A stretch of 64,000 nucleotides of DNA from Takakia lepidozioides (taxonomy: Eukaryota > Plantae > Bryophyta): assembly GCA_030704615.1 (NCBI GenBank), contig CM060732.1, positions 81,592,001 to 81,656,000 of the forward strand, written 5' to 3'. A model generated the notes under the pieces. The model made no database searches. It saw only the letters and a list, made by a program, of their open reading frames with translations, and was not told the DNA's origin. A program made the position numbers and the translations under genes. Numbering within the stretch: position 1 is the stretch's first letter; every line of letters starts with the position of its first letter. Shown here in pieces: positions 12,874 to 23,890 of the stretch.

Positions 12874-14460
12874 TCTATCCCTGCTCCCTTCAGCTATCCC
12901 TGCCTCTGCAAAAATCTTGCATACATCCTCGCCTTGCTGCTAGCAGCTGACAATGACAGCCTAGATTTGTTCTAGCAAACAACACAATCCTCATAACACA
13001 CTAGTTCCTATGCTGAGGTATGTCTGCTTCTCTCTAAAATCTAACATGCGTTCACCTTCTAGCTTCAATTGTCCCACCATTGACTGGGGTCGGAAAAATA
13101 TTACTTCCGAAGCTTCTCCTCGTCTCTGTTATCTGTTTGTGGGTTTCCTGTTGCCACATTGGCAGTAACATGTCAAAATCAATCCAGACCACCATAGATC
13201 CAACCAACAAGCCAACCTGCAGAGTTAAACATGAAAATTATGGACGACTCTGATAAGAGGGGTAAAAAGGCTGAAATGTGTTGAAGAAGGTCTATTTAGT
13301 ATGCCTGTTTTAGCCGTCTTCCAGCTGACCATCTACCCATGCAGGTTTCTTGTAGCTATTGATCCACAGGGAATCATACGTGATCTGGACCCACACTCTA
13401 TCCCTGCTCCTTCAGCTATCCCAGCCTCTGCACAAATCATGCATACATCCTCTCCTTGCTGCTAGCGGCTGACAATGACAGCCTGGACCTGTTCTAGCAA
13501 ACACCCCAACCCTACTCATAACACACTAGTTCCTATGCTGAATGGCGCTGCTTCTCTCTGTATTGTAACAGGTATTCACCTTTTTCCCTCGATCGTCCCA
13601 CCATCAGAAAAACATTCCTTCCAAAGCTTCTCCTTCTCTCTGTTATCTGTTTTTGAATACTTCCTGTTGTCACATTGGCAGTAACATGTCTGAATCAATC
13701 CAGACCACCATAGATCAACCCAACAAGATAACTTGCAGAATTCAACATGAGAAACTAGGAACGACTCTGATAAGAGGGCAAAACAGGCTGAAATGTGTTG
13801 AAAAATGTGCTCTCACCACATCGTCCTTGACCTTGTGTCATGGCGGCTAGCTTTTCTTTCAACCATGAAGGATTCAACCGAACATCAACCCAAAAGGACC
13901 TCTTGTGTGTGCTGCTTGTGTCTGTAGTCAGGTGAACTCGGATTAGCCTGCGAGGAAAACCACCACGGTGCAGCTGAGCAGCCATAGATTCAAACTCGGC
14001 CTCCTCAGACAAGGCTGACCCTCCCAAGGACCTTGTAAACGCCAGGAAAAATACCAAATCATGATACTAACAGGAAGAGCCCACATTTGCAGGATGGACA
14101 AACTTCTCAACATTATATGTTAAGAAAGCCACACCTTGTGATTGCGTTTGTTCCACCATTGAGAAGAATCTTTAAGAAAATTGTGCCGGCTCTGTTCCAT
14201 GCTCCACAATAGACCTTTGTGCCCAAAAATCCGACAGCATCAACATTTTGACAAGTTCCCTTCTGGAGGAGTGCTAGTGCTCTTTCAACAACATTCCTGC
14301 AAGTCACTTTGGGCTCCATTGGGATCATACCAGAATTCCGTCAAACTCCCTTTCTCATCCTACATGAAGAAAGCTCACCCTGTCCCACCATTGTGAAGTA
14401 TCTTTACGAACTGCTGCCAGCGCTGTTCCATGCTCCAGCGTTGACCTAGACGCCAGTTAA
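12874..14460 (-). pseudogene. Degenerate PDF-motif exons upstream of PPR-DYW gene 2; the transit-peptide exon is missing
   Basis: Reverse-complement homology to 2990-5530; the last half-motif exon (~13056-13147) reads EEKLRK*YFSDPSQWWDN*S*K. Confidence 0.65.
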
Positions 14461-14523
14461 GTATACCCATTAAGGTAGAAACACCTAAAATGGACCCTTT
14501 TCGGCCTGGCCTAACTGCGGAGG

Positions 14524-16594
14524 ATGGCAGCGTATTCCCGCGCATGCGCACTCCCACGCAGGGCCCTGTCCTCTCGCATCGCGTCATGCAGCGGGGCTGT
14601 GGAGCTGACAGCCGCATTTCCCTTGGCACTTCGCAGACGGTGTCCATTGCATTCGGTGGCTATGGCGCCTTCAGGGATGCCATTCAAATTACGCGATTAC
14701 ACGAAACACTTGGCGGTTTCCTTTTTTGGGGTCGCTGTATTGTTTGTATGGGCCGTCGGATGCAGGCTCGGAATTGTCTTTGGCGCAATTCAGCAGAAAC
14801 GAATGCACTCTGGGCAAAGAAGCAAGCAAGCGCAAGGCCGATATGGTATTACTGGCGTGTAGGACAACCTAGGAGCATGGAGCAGCGCCGGCAGCAGTTC
14901 TTTAATGATACTTTACAATGGTGGAACAGTACCCCTGACAAGGTGAGCTTTCTTCATGTGGTATGAGAAAGGGAGTTTGACGGAACTCTGGTATGATCGT
15001 ATGGTGTGGACTGGATGGTGCCGTTATTGAGTGAAGTCAGAAACTCGCCTTGCTCTGGAAAAACTGCTTTTACTCGAGGTTGTTCTTTCTGACCAGGGCA
15101 TGAAAGTAGGATGCGCAAGATCTTTTCCCTGGAGTTTGCAAGATACTTGGGAGGGTTGAGATGTGGCTCCTCAGCTGCTCCCTGCGTTTTCACAGACCAC
15201 TCCAAAATCTCCGGACTACAGACATAAGCTTATTTAGTATATGTGCAAGTTTGGGCATTTCGAATGTTCCTCATTGTGCCGAGTCCAATGGAGCCCAAAG
15301 TGACTTGCATGAATGCTGTTGAAAGCGCACTAGGACTCCTCCGGAAGGGAACTTGTCCAAATGTTGATGCTGTCAAATTTTTGGGCACCAAGGTCTTCTG
15401 CAGAGCATGGAGGAGAGCTGGCACGAGTTTTTTAAAGATCCTTCTCAACGGCGGAACAAACGCAATTGCAAGGTGTGTCTTTCTACTATCCTAATGTGAA
15501 GAAGTTTGTCCATCCTGCAAATGTGAGCTCTTCTGGGTAGTACCATGACTTGGTGTTTTTCCAAGGTCCTTGGGAGGGTCAGCTTTGGCTTAGGAGGTTG
15601 AGTTTAAATCTATGGCTGCTTAGCTGGACCGTGGTGGTTCTCCTCACAGGCCAATCCAAGTTCACCTGACTACAGACACAAGCAGCACCCACAAGAGGTC
15701 CTTTCAGGTTGATGGTCTGGTGGATACTCCATGGTTGAAAGAAAAGCTAGCTGCCATGACACAAGGTCAAGGACAAACTGGTGAGGGCACATTCTTCTTC
15801 AACACATTTCAGCCTGTTTTGTGCTCTTATCAGAGTCATCTCCAATTTTTGAAGTTAAATTCTGCAAGTAGCTTGTTGGCCTGATGTATGTGGTCTGGAT
15901 TGATTTGGTCATGTTACTGCCAATGTGACAACAGGAAAGTATCCAAAAACAGATAACAGAGAGGAGGAGAAGCTTTGGAAGGAATATTTTTCTGACATCA
16001 GTCAATGGTGGGACAATCTAGGCAAAAAGGTGAGTACCTGTTACAATACAGAGAGAAGCAGACGCAATTCAGCATAGGAACTAGTGTGTTATGAGTAGGG
16101 TTGGGGTGTTTGCTAGATCAAATCCAGGCTGTCCTTGTCAGCCGCTAGCAGCAAGTATGCATGATTTGTGCAGTGGCTGGGATAGCTGTAAGAGCAGGGA
16201 TAGAGTATGGGTCCAGATTCATCCAAGAGGGCGGGATTTCCAGCACAGGATTACCTGATTGATAGCTAGAACAAATCTGCATGGGTAGATCTGGAAGCAG
16301 CGGCGGTGGCGGCAGAGGTACAATTGATAAAACTGGCACTGCTAATGAGTAAACCTTCTGCAACACATTTAACCCTGGTTTGCCCTCAGATCAGAGTCGT
16401 CCCTATTGTTTTTCATGGTAAACTCTGCAAGTTAGCTTGTCGGGTGGATCTATGGTGGTATGGATTCATTTTGACATGTTACTGCCAATGTTGCAACAGG
16501 AAAGTATCCAAAAACAGATAGCAGAGACAAGAAGAAGCTTTGGAAGGAATATTTTTCCGACCCGAGTCAATGGTGGGACAAATGAGGCAAGAAG
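14524..16594 (+). pseudogene. Upstream exons of PPR-DYW gene 3: organellar transit-peptide-like exon plus degenerate PDF-motif units
   Basis: ATG at 14524 starts MAAYSRACALPRRALSSRIASCS (rich in R/A/S/L, poor in acidic residues); PDF half-exons follow; the last one (16500-16594) has TGA at 16583-16585. Confidence 0.65.
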
Positions 16595-16778
16595 GTGAAT
16601 GCCTGTTAGATTAGACACAGAAGCAGATGCAATTCAGCATATGAACTTGTGTGTGATGAGTAGGGCTGGGGTGTTCGCTATAGCAAATCTAGGCTGTCAT
16701 TGTTAGCTGCTAGCAGCAAGGCGAGGATGTATGCATGATTTGGGGAGAGTCAGGGATAGCTGAAGGAGCAGGGATAGA

Positions 16779-19712
16779 GTGTGGGTCCAGATTCATCCAA
16801 GAGGGCGGGATTTCAAGCACAAGATTACCTGCAATTCCCTGTGGATCGATAGCTACGAGAAACCTGCATGGGTAGATGGTCAATTGGAAGCAGCAGCGGC
16901 TGCAGCACAGTCTCTAAAATCAGGCACCTGGACCACGACCACAGCTTGCAAAACAGGACCTAGAGAGGGAGTCCACAATGCCTCGTCTGGCACTTTTCGG
17001 GATGTGAGGATGCTCGAGGCAGGGCGACTGAAAGAGGCTCTACAGACTTTAAACCAAGGAGGCATTTCAGCAGATTCAGATACTTATGTGTGTCTCTTAC
17101 ATAAGTGCATCAAGATGAAAGGTCTTGTAGCTGGAAAGCAGGTGCATGCTCACATTATCCAAAGTGGATTCAAGCCAAATGTTTTCCTACACAACACCCT
17201 TGTCAACATGTATGTTAAGTGCGGGAGCATCATGGATGCTCACCAAGTGTTCAGCACAATGCCTCAACGATGTTTGATAACTTGGAATATAATGATGGCA
17301 GGATTTACCAAGCATGGTTATGATATGAAGGCTTTGGAGACCTATGAGCAAATGATGCGGGAAGGGGTGAAGCCCAACAATATCACATTTGTTTGCATTT
17401 CCAATGCGTGTGCGAGTCTGGCAGCCCTGGAAAAGGGCAAAGAAGTCCATGGTGACATCGTCAAAGCTGGAATTGTACCAGATATCATTCTGAACACTGC
17501 TCTGATGAACATGTATGCCAAATGTGGGTGCATTGAGGATGCAAAGGGAGTGTTCAACAATATGGCTGAACGAGATGTGGTGTCGTGGAGCGCGATGATT
17601 GGAGGATATGCACATGAGGGGCGGGGGATGGAGGCTTTGGAGATGTATGAGCAAATGGTGCGGGAAGGGGTGCAGCCCAACCACATCACGTTTGTTTGTG
17701 TTTGCAATGCGTGTGCCAGTCTGGCAGCCCTGGAAAAGGGCAAAAAGGTGCATGATGACATTATTAAAGCTGGAATTGTACCAGATGTCATTTTGAACAG
17801 TACCCTCGTGGACATGTATGCCAAATGTGGGTGCATCCAGGATGCAAAGGGAGTGTTCGACAATATGGCTGAACGAAATGTGGTGTCCTGGAGCGCGTTG
17901 ATTGCAGGATATGCACAGCAGGGGCGCGGGATGGAGGCTTTGGAGATGTATGAGCAAATGGTGCAGGAAGGGGTGAAGCCCAACCACATCACGTTTGTTG
18001 GCGTTTGCAATGCGTGTGCGAGCCTGGCAGCCCTGGAAAAGGGCAAAGAGGTCCATGGTGACATTGCCAAAGCTGGAATTGTACCAAATGTCATTCTGAA
18101 CACTGCTCTGATCAACATGTATGCCAAATGTGGGTCCATCAAGGATGCAAAGGGAGTGTTCCACAATATGGCTGGACGAGATGTGGTGTCTTGGAACACG
18201 ATGATTGCAGGATATGCACAGCAGGGGTACGGGATGGAGGCTTTGGAGACCTATGAGCAAATGATGCAGGAAGGGGTGAAGCCCAGCCACATTACGTTTG
18301 TTTCTGTTTGCAATGCTTGTGCGAGCTTGGCAGCCCTGGAAAAGGGCAAAGAGGTCCATAGTGACATCGTCGAAGCTGGAATATTATCAAATGTCATTCT
18401 GAACACTGCTCTGATGAACATGTATGCCAAATGTGGGAGCATCAAGGATGCAAAGGCAGTGTTCGACAATATGGCTGAAAGAAATGTGGTGTCTTGGAAC
18501 GCAATGATTGCAGGATATGCCCAGCAGGGGCGCGGAGAGGAGGCTTTGGACACCTATGAGCACATGATGGGAGAAGGGGTGAAGCCCGACCACATCACGT
18601 TTGTTTGTGTTTGCAATGCGTGTGCGAGCCTGGCAGCCCTGGAAAAGGGCAAAGAGGTCCATGGTGACATCGTCAAAGCTGGAATTGTACCAGATGTCAT
18701 TCTGAACAGTACCCTTGTGGACATGTATGCCAAATGTGGGTGCATCGAGGATGCAAAGGGAGTATTCGACAATATGGCTGAACGAAATGTGGTGTCTTGG
18801 GGCGCGATGATCGCAGGATTTGCCCAGCATGGTTGTCCTAGGGAGGCCCTGCAACTATTTGAAGGAATGCAAAAGGAAGGCTTGAAGCCGGACAGTATCA
18901 CATTTATATGTGTTCTCTCTGTATGCAGCCATGTTGGCCTACTGTATGAAGGAAGACACTACTTCGACTCCCTGAGTCAAGATCATGGTGTCACTCCCAC
19001 AGTAAAGCACTTTGGCTGCATGGTGGACCTTCTGGGACGTGCGGGGCGGTTGGACGAGGCAGAGGATCTCATTAATAAAATGCCAATCAAACCAGATGCT
19101 ATGGTTTGGAAGGCCTTGCTTGGTGCCTGCAGAATCCATGGCAATGTGGAGATGGCTGAACGTGCGGCAACATCTGTCCTCAAGTGGGATGAACAGGACC
19201 CTGCAACATACGTGTTGCTATCAAACATCTATGCCACAGCTGGCAGGTGGGAGGACAGTGCAAAGGTGAGAAAGATGATGAAGGTCAGAGGGGTTAGAAA
19301 GGAGCCAGGTCACTGCTGCATTGAGGTTGGCAACAGGGTGCACACCTTTGTGGTAGATGACAAATTGCATCCCAAAATCCAGGAAATCCATGCTGAGCTG
19401 AGAAGATTGTCTGGGCAGATGAAGGAGGCAGGGTATGTTCCTGACACACGCTTTGTATTGCAAGATGTGGGGGAGGAGCAAAAGGAATTTTCTCTTTGCT
19501 ACCACAGCGAGAAGCTGGCCATTGGTTTTGGGCTGATCAGTACGGCCCCTAGGACGCCTCTCCGTCTTATCAAGAATCTTCGGGTGTGTGGTGACTGCCA
19601 CACCTCCACCAAGTTGATCTCAAAGATTGTTGGCCGAGCAATTGTTGTACGGGACGCTAATCGCTTCCACCACTTTGAAGATGGGGTTTGTTCTTGTGAG
19701 GACTACTGGTGA
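16779..19712 (+). CDS. PLS-class PPR-DYW editing factor, paralogue 3; main exon from 16791
   Basis: Same architecture; HSEKLA, CGDCH and DYW intact; 977-aa open frame. Confidence 0.95.
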   Translation: MWVQIHPRGRDFKHKITCNSLWIDSYEKPAWVDGQLEAAAAAAQSLKSGTWTTTTACKTGPREGVHNASSGTFRDVRMLEAGRLKEALQTLNQGGISADSDTYVCLLHKCIKMKGLVAGKQVHAHIIQSGFKPNVFLHNTLVNMYVKCGSIMDAHQVFSTMPQRCLITWNIMMAGFTKHGYDMKALETYEQMMREGVKPNNITFVCISNACASLAALEKGKEVHGDIVKAGIVPDIILNTALMNMYAKCGCIEDAKGVFNNMAERDVVSWSAMIGGYAHEGRGMEALEMYEQMVREGVQPNHITFVCVCNACASLAALEKGKKVHDDIIKAGIVPDVILNSTLVDMYAKCGCIQDAKGVFDNMAERNVVSWSALIAGYAQQGRGMEALEMYEQMVQEGVKPNHITFVGVCNACASLAALEKGKEVHGDIAKAGIVPNVILNTALINMYAKCGSIKDAKGVFHNMAGRDVVSWNTMIAGYAQQGYGMEALETYEQMMQEGVKPSHITFVSVCNACASLAALEKGKEVHSDIVEAGILSNVILNTALMNMYAKCGSIKDAKAVFDNMAERNVVSWNAMIAGYAQQGRGEEALDTYEHMMGEGVKPDHITFVCVCNACASLAALEKGKEVHGDIVKAGIVPDVILNSTLVDMYAKCGCIEDAKGVFDNMAERNVVSWGAMIAGFAQHGCPREALQLFEGMQKEGLKPDSITFICVLSVCSHVGLLYEGRHYFDSLSQDHGVTPTVKHFGCMVDLLGRAGRLDEAEDLINKMPIKPDAMVWKALLGACRIHGNVEMAERAATSVLKWDEQDPATYVLLSNIYATAGRWEDSAKVRKMMKVRGVRKEPGHCCIEVGNRVHTFVVDDKLHPKIQEIHAELRRLSGQMKEAGYVPDTRFVLQDVGEEQKEFSLCYHSEKLAIGFGLISTAPRTPLRLIKNLRVCGDCHTSTKLISKIVGRAIVVRDANRFHHFEDGVCSCEDYW

Positions 19713-21074
19713 AACGATGTTTTTCAGGAAAGGTGCGAGTGTCTGGCTTCATTCATTGATCAGTGTAGCTACTCAGTTGATCCACCATTTCCTGAGAATA
19801 TTGACCATGATGTGCTGTTGAGGGTATTTCCTGTGGCAAATCCACAGGAAATGATGGTGGGGTCTACTCAGTATAGGTGGGAAGTCGACCCATAATTGCA
19901 CTTGACTGGAGCAGGTAATGAGTGAAGGGGGGTTATGACTGGCTCTGGTGATAGTGGAAGGAAATTAGAATGCTGCCCCACTAATCTTATCCACTTCCAT
20001 CTCCTAGCTTTGGAAATGCTCAGCTCTACCACCCACACCAGAATTATGACAGCCCTGTGCACAATTTTGTTCAGCATCTTAAATCTGGACATGTTTGTAT
20101 GTCGCTTGCGGTGGCGCTTCACATAGAGCCGTTGACTAACTGGCATAAATGTTGTCGAATGCTAGCCTTAACCCACCAAGATCCAATCCCTTGTGCCTGC
20201 TGGAAAGTTCACATACTGATTGTAATGGTATTTGGGTATTCTGTTATTGATTGATGGGGCATGAATTGGATTTGCATGACTGCCTCATGCTGAAACATTG
20301 GTTTGTGAATGTTGGAGTTCAAGGTTGGGGACAGTTCACCTACTCCACCCACTTCTCAACGCAATTGCCTACATCTGTCCCCACAATACCTTAGCCATAG
20401 AGTCTGATCTTTGAAGTGACAAGATCATAAAATAAAATGGTAGGAGTGAATTTGTGTAACTGGAACAAGAATTCTCTCAACAAAACCCTGGAGAGCATTA
20501 TTACAAGAAAATTGCGTATGACAGGTGCACTGGAGATGGACTCAAGCCTTGAGCAACCAGTTGTTCAAAAGGGGAAAAGTTAAGTATAGGAATTAAACAA
20601 ATTTCCTGTAGACCAAAGCTGTTGTTGGAAAGAATGACCCCATCCAAGTGAGTGTTTGCCTCCGTGAGCAAAGGTCGTTGCTTGCACATGAATCTAGAAG
20701 CCAAGGCTGGAGCAACCAACACCCAACTGCCTATGGGGATTAAGAGCCGGGTTCCAGGGCTGAGTCCCAAAGAGCATGAGTTAGATGGGTAGTCTTGTCA
20801 TCAGTAGATGGTAGAGCTAAGATGGAGGGGACGATTGAAGCTAGTCAGGTTTCATAATCAGCATCGTGTAAGTGAGGGAAGCGGATATTGAAGTGAATAC
20901 GTGGGTGTGAAAGAAGAGAAGCGGAGGAGCCCCTCATGGAGAAAGAGATGGAAGGAAATGCAAAGGAAATGCAAGAGTGATCATAATCTGGGTACCTCCT
21001 ATCCGCTTTGGATAGGCTCATGCACGGCTCCCTGCACTCTAGGCTGAACCGCTTCTCATGATCTGAAAACGGAT

Positions 21075-21220
21075 ATGCACTCCATTCTGGAGGTGAAGCG
21101 ACGATGTGGATATGACTACATTCATGGAAGTAGGTTTCCAGGACAAGGGACTGAGGCAGATCGTTGTTTTGTATTCAAAATGTCAACATGTGGGCCTGGC
21201 AGCGGCGTGGATTTGGTCCA
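21075..21220 (+). pseudogene. Possible Mutator-like transposase fragment
   Basis: Peptide SILEVKRR..IHGSRFPGQG..FVFKMS..GPGSGVDLV resembles, from memory only, the region before the DDE core in bryophyte MULE-like ORFs. Confidence 0.3.
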
Positions 21221-21229
21221 CCAACATGG

Positions 21230-22730
21230 CCAGGGCTTAAGGCTCGGCCTCCGCATCCATTCTTGGGCAAAAGAAGAGGCGATAGACCTACCTTCGTGAG
21301 GGGTTCAGTCCAGTTGTGGAACTTATGTTGGTACACAAAATTGGTTCAGGAGATTGTTGCAGCTTTCTCATTCCTCTAGAAAGTCCTTCATACATGCATC
21401 AACCTGTTGGGGGTGACCTGCAACTGACCAAGTTTTGCCCAGCCCCCTTCCAACGGACCGCCCAGACTACGCTAGATGATGTAGACTGTATGTTGTCCCA
21501 CCACTGTTAACACCATCAGATCTACCCTACACTAGCACCTGCATCAACACACACACCAAATTCATGGTAATTTCCCCCCTCCATACTCCCTACCTCTTGC
21601 CTTACACCAGCTTAACACACCCTACTGTCTTTACTACATGCATGTCTCAGAGCTGCTATGTTACCCAGTACATTAAGGTCTTCTTTGACACCCATAAACC
21701 CATACTACCATCTCATATAGAGGACCCTCTTGCTCATCTTCAATCTGTAGTCTGCCCTCCATGTTCCCTAGCTTCTACGCCGCTAACTACTGGTACTACA
21801 GCCCCCTCTCTCTGCAGCTTACAACATCCTTGGACGCTGCTGCCCACACATTCAACCACCCATCCAGGTTCCACAACACCTCTAGCTCATGTATCTGTAC
21901 TCTCCTTCTCACTCTCTCTCTCTCTCTCTACTAACTACCTGTTTCAACCAGTGGTCATGTGGTAGCTAAATTGGTTGCATGGCCCTCTTGCTTGGGGCAA
22001 GCCCATGATCCCCTCCCAATGCTGTATCGCTGCCCCCACAGCTCCCACTGCTTCACACCCACACCCACACCACATCATTTGTCACCCCCCCTCTTGGAAA
22101 TTTGGGCTGCTCCATCCATTCTCGCATCCATTCGAAGGGCAAAAGAAGAGGCGATAGACCTACCTTCATGCGGGGTTCAGTCCAGTAGTGGGACTTACAA
22201 AATTGGTTCAGGAGATTGTTGAACCTTTGCTTCGTTCCTCTAGAAAGTCCTTCACACATGCATCAACCTGCTGAGGGTGACCTGCCTAGCAATCATACCC
22301 CCACATGGCCAGGGTTTTAGACTCAGGAAGGATCGCAGTTTCTTAAACCTCTTGAAAGTTGGTGAACAGAGGTGCAGGGAGCAGCTATGTTCGACATGGT
22401 CCTGAGTACTCATGACACGTTCTTTGCCACAGCATTGTGGCCATAGACCCCGCATCCATTCGACCCCGCATCCATTCTTGGGCAGAAGAAGAGGTGATAG
22501 ACCTACCTTCGTGAGGGGTTCAGTCCAGTAGTGGGACTTATGTTGGTATACAAAAAATGGTTGAGGAGATTGTTGAAACTTTGCTTCATTCCTGTAGAAA
22601 GTCCTTCACACATGCATCAACCTGCTGAGGGTGACCTGCCCAGCAATCAGACCCCCACATGGCCAGGGTTTTAGACTCAGCCTGGATCGCAGTTTCTTAA
22701 ACCTCTTGAAAGTTGGTGACAGAGCTGCAG
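21230..22730. repeat. Three dispersed copies of a ~200-270 bp unit
   Basis: CGCATCCATTC..AAGAAGAGG(C/T)GATAGACCTACCTTC..GGTGACCTGC at ~21252-21421, ~22123-22285 and ~22466-22640. Confidence 0.75.
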
Positions 22731-22731
22731 G

Positions 22732-23237
22732 CATGCGTGCTCCATTCATGAATTTTTTCCTTTGTACAACATCCATTGTACATTCATCCTCTGTACTCTT
22801 TAATCCACCCCACAAACCTTCCACACTCATTTCATATACGTTGTGCATTCGTCAAAAGATTTGGTCATGCATCTTCCTGTCATGAATTTTTGTCATTGCT
22901 CAACATCCATTATACATTCATCCATTTTACTCTTATCCATCCCTCATTCATCCATCTACATTCATTTTTCACACTCATCCATCTGTTTATCATCCAACTG
23001 TACATTCATCCATCATTTATTCAATGCCTTTTATTATGTCGTCCAGCTTGTTTCCGCGGTAAAGGGTGCCAATCCGCGGGAATACACTCCACTTCTTTCT
23101 GGGCACGTGGTGACGCGGCCTTCACGTGTGATGACGTGGAGTGAGCCCCGTGACGTGGCATTTGCGCAAGGTGACGTGGCGTGAGCGCAGTTGCGCTCAC
23201 GCGCTCACGTGACCAGGCTCACGCCGAGGCATCCCTG
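22732..23237 (+). repeat. ~500-bp element terminus, copy 1 (CATCCAT-rich, then CACGTG/GCTCAC cluster, ending GGCATCCCTG)
   Basis: Near-identical direct repeat of 25522-26017. Confidence 0.85.
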
Positions 23238-23890
23238 TACACTAAAGTTATTGGTTTATGGTAAGATTAATGATTTAGGGGTGATGGTAAAGATAGGGTT
23301 TTCGGTTTGGGTTTAAGAACACTATTGGACAAACAAATATGGAAGACTCACAGTCGCTAGAACTTGGTGTGTGTTAGAAGGATAATAAATAAATAAATAA
23401 ATGGAGAAACAAATATTATGGAAGAATCATTGGGCCGGAGAAGTATTTAGATTGAGGATTCGTCCTTGGAACCTGGTATTAAGATACATATGGTTATGGT
23501 ATGGATACTTCATTCCCATTTGCAAGGGAAGGGTAAGGGTTTAGACGTAACAATGGCGTAGGGTTCCGTTTAGGGTTCCCGACGAGGGTTTAGGGTTTGG
23601 GTTGAAGGCTATGGAAGTGTAGTCATTGCATCGGACAAGTATTTAAATGAAAGACTCGTCCTTGGAACCTGGTATTAAGATACATAGAAAGCAAAGTTCG
23701 ATAAATAAGGTAAGTGCATGTCAATCCAAACCAAGGGCAAAACCTTGCGCAAGGTGAAGGGTGAAGAGATTTGAATAACCAGAATTCCATTTTCTTTCTT
23801 TTTTCTCTGAATGTTTCGTTGGCAGTATTTCAGTCTCGTTCTTTGAAAACATTCTTGCCATCGTTCTTATAAAAAACATGTCTGTTGCAG

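Noticed and set aside
5921-19601. Many long antisense and alternate-frame ORFs over the PPR genes (up to 390 aa)
   Set aside because: Shadows of the 303-bp repeat and its codon usage; they repeat with the same period and have no independent motifs
23270-23610. AGGGTTT motifs as interstitial telomere
   Set aside because: Only a few scattered units, with no true tandem array
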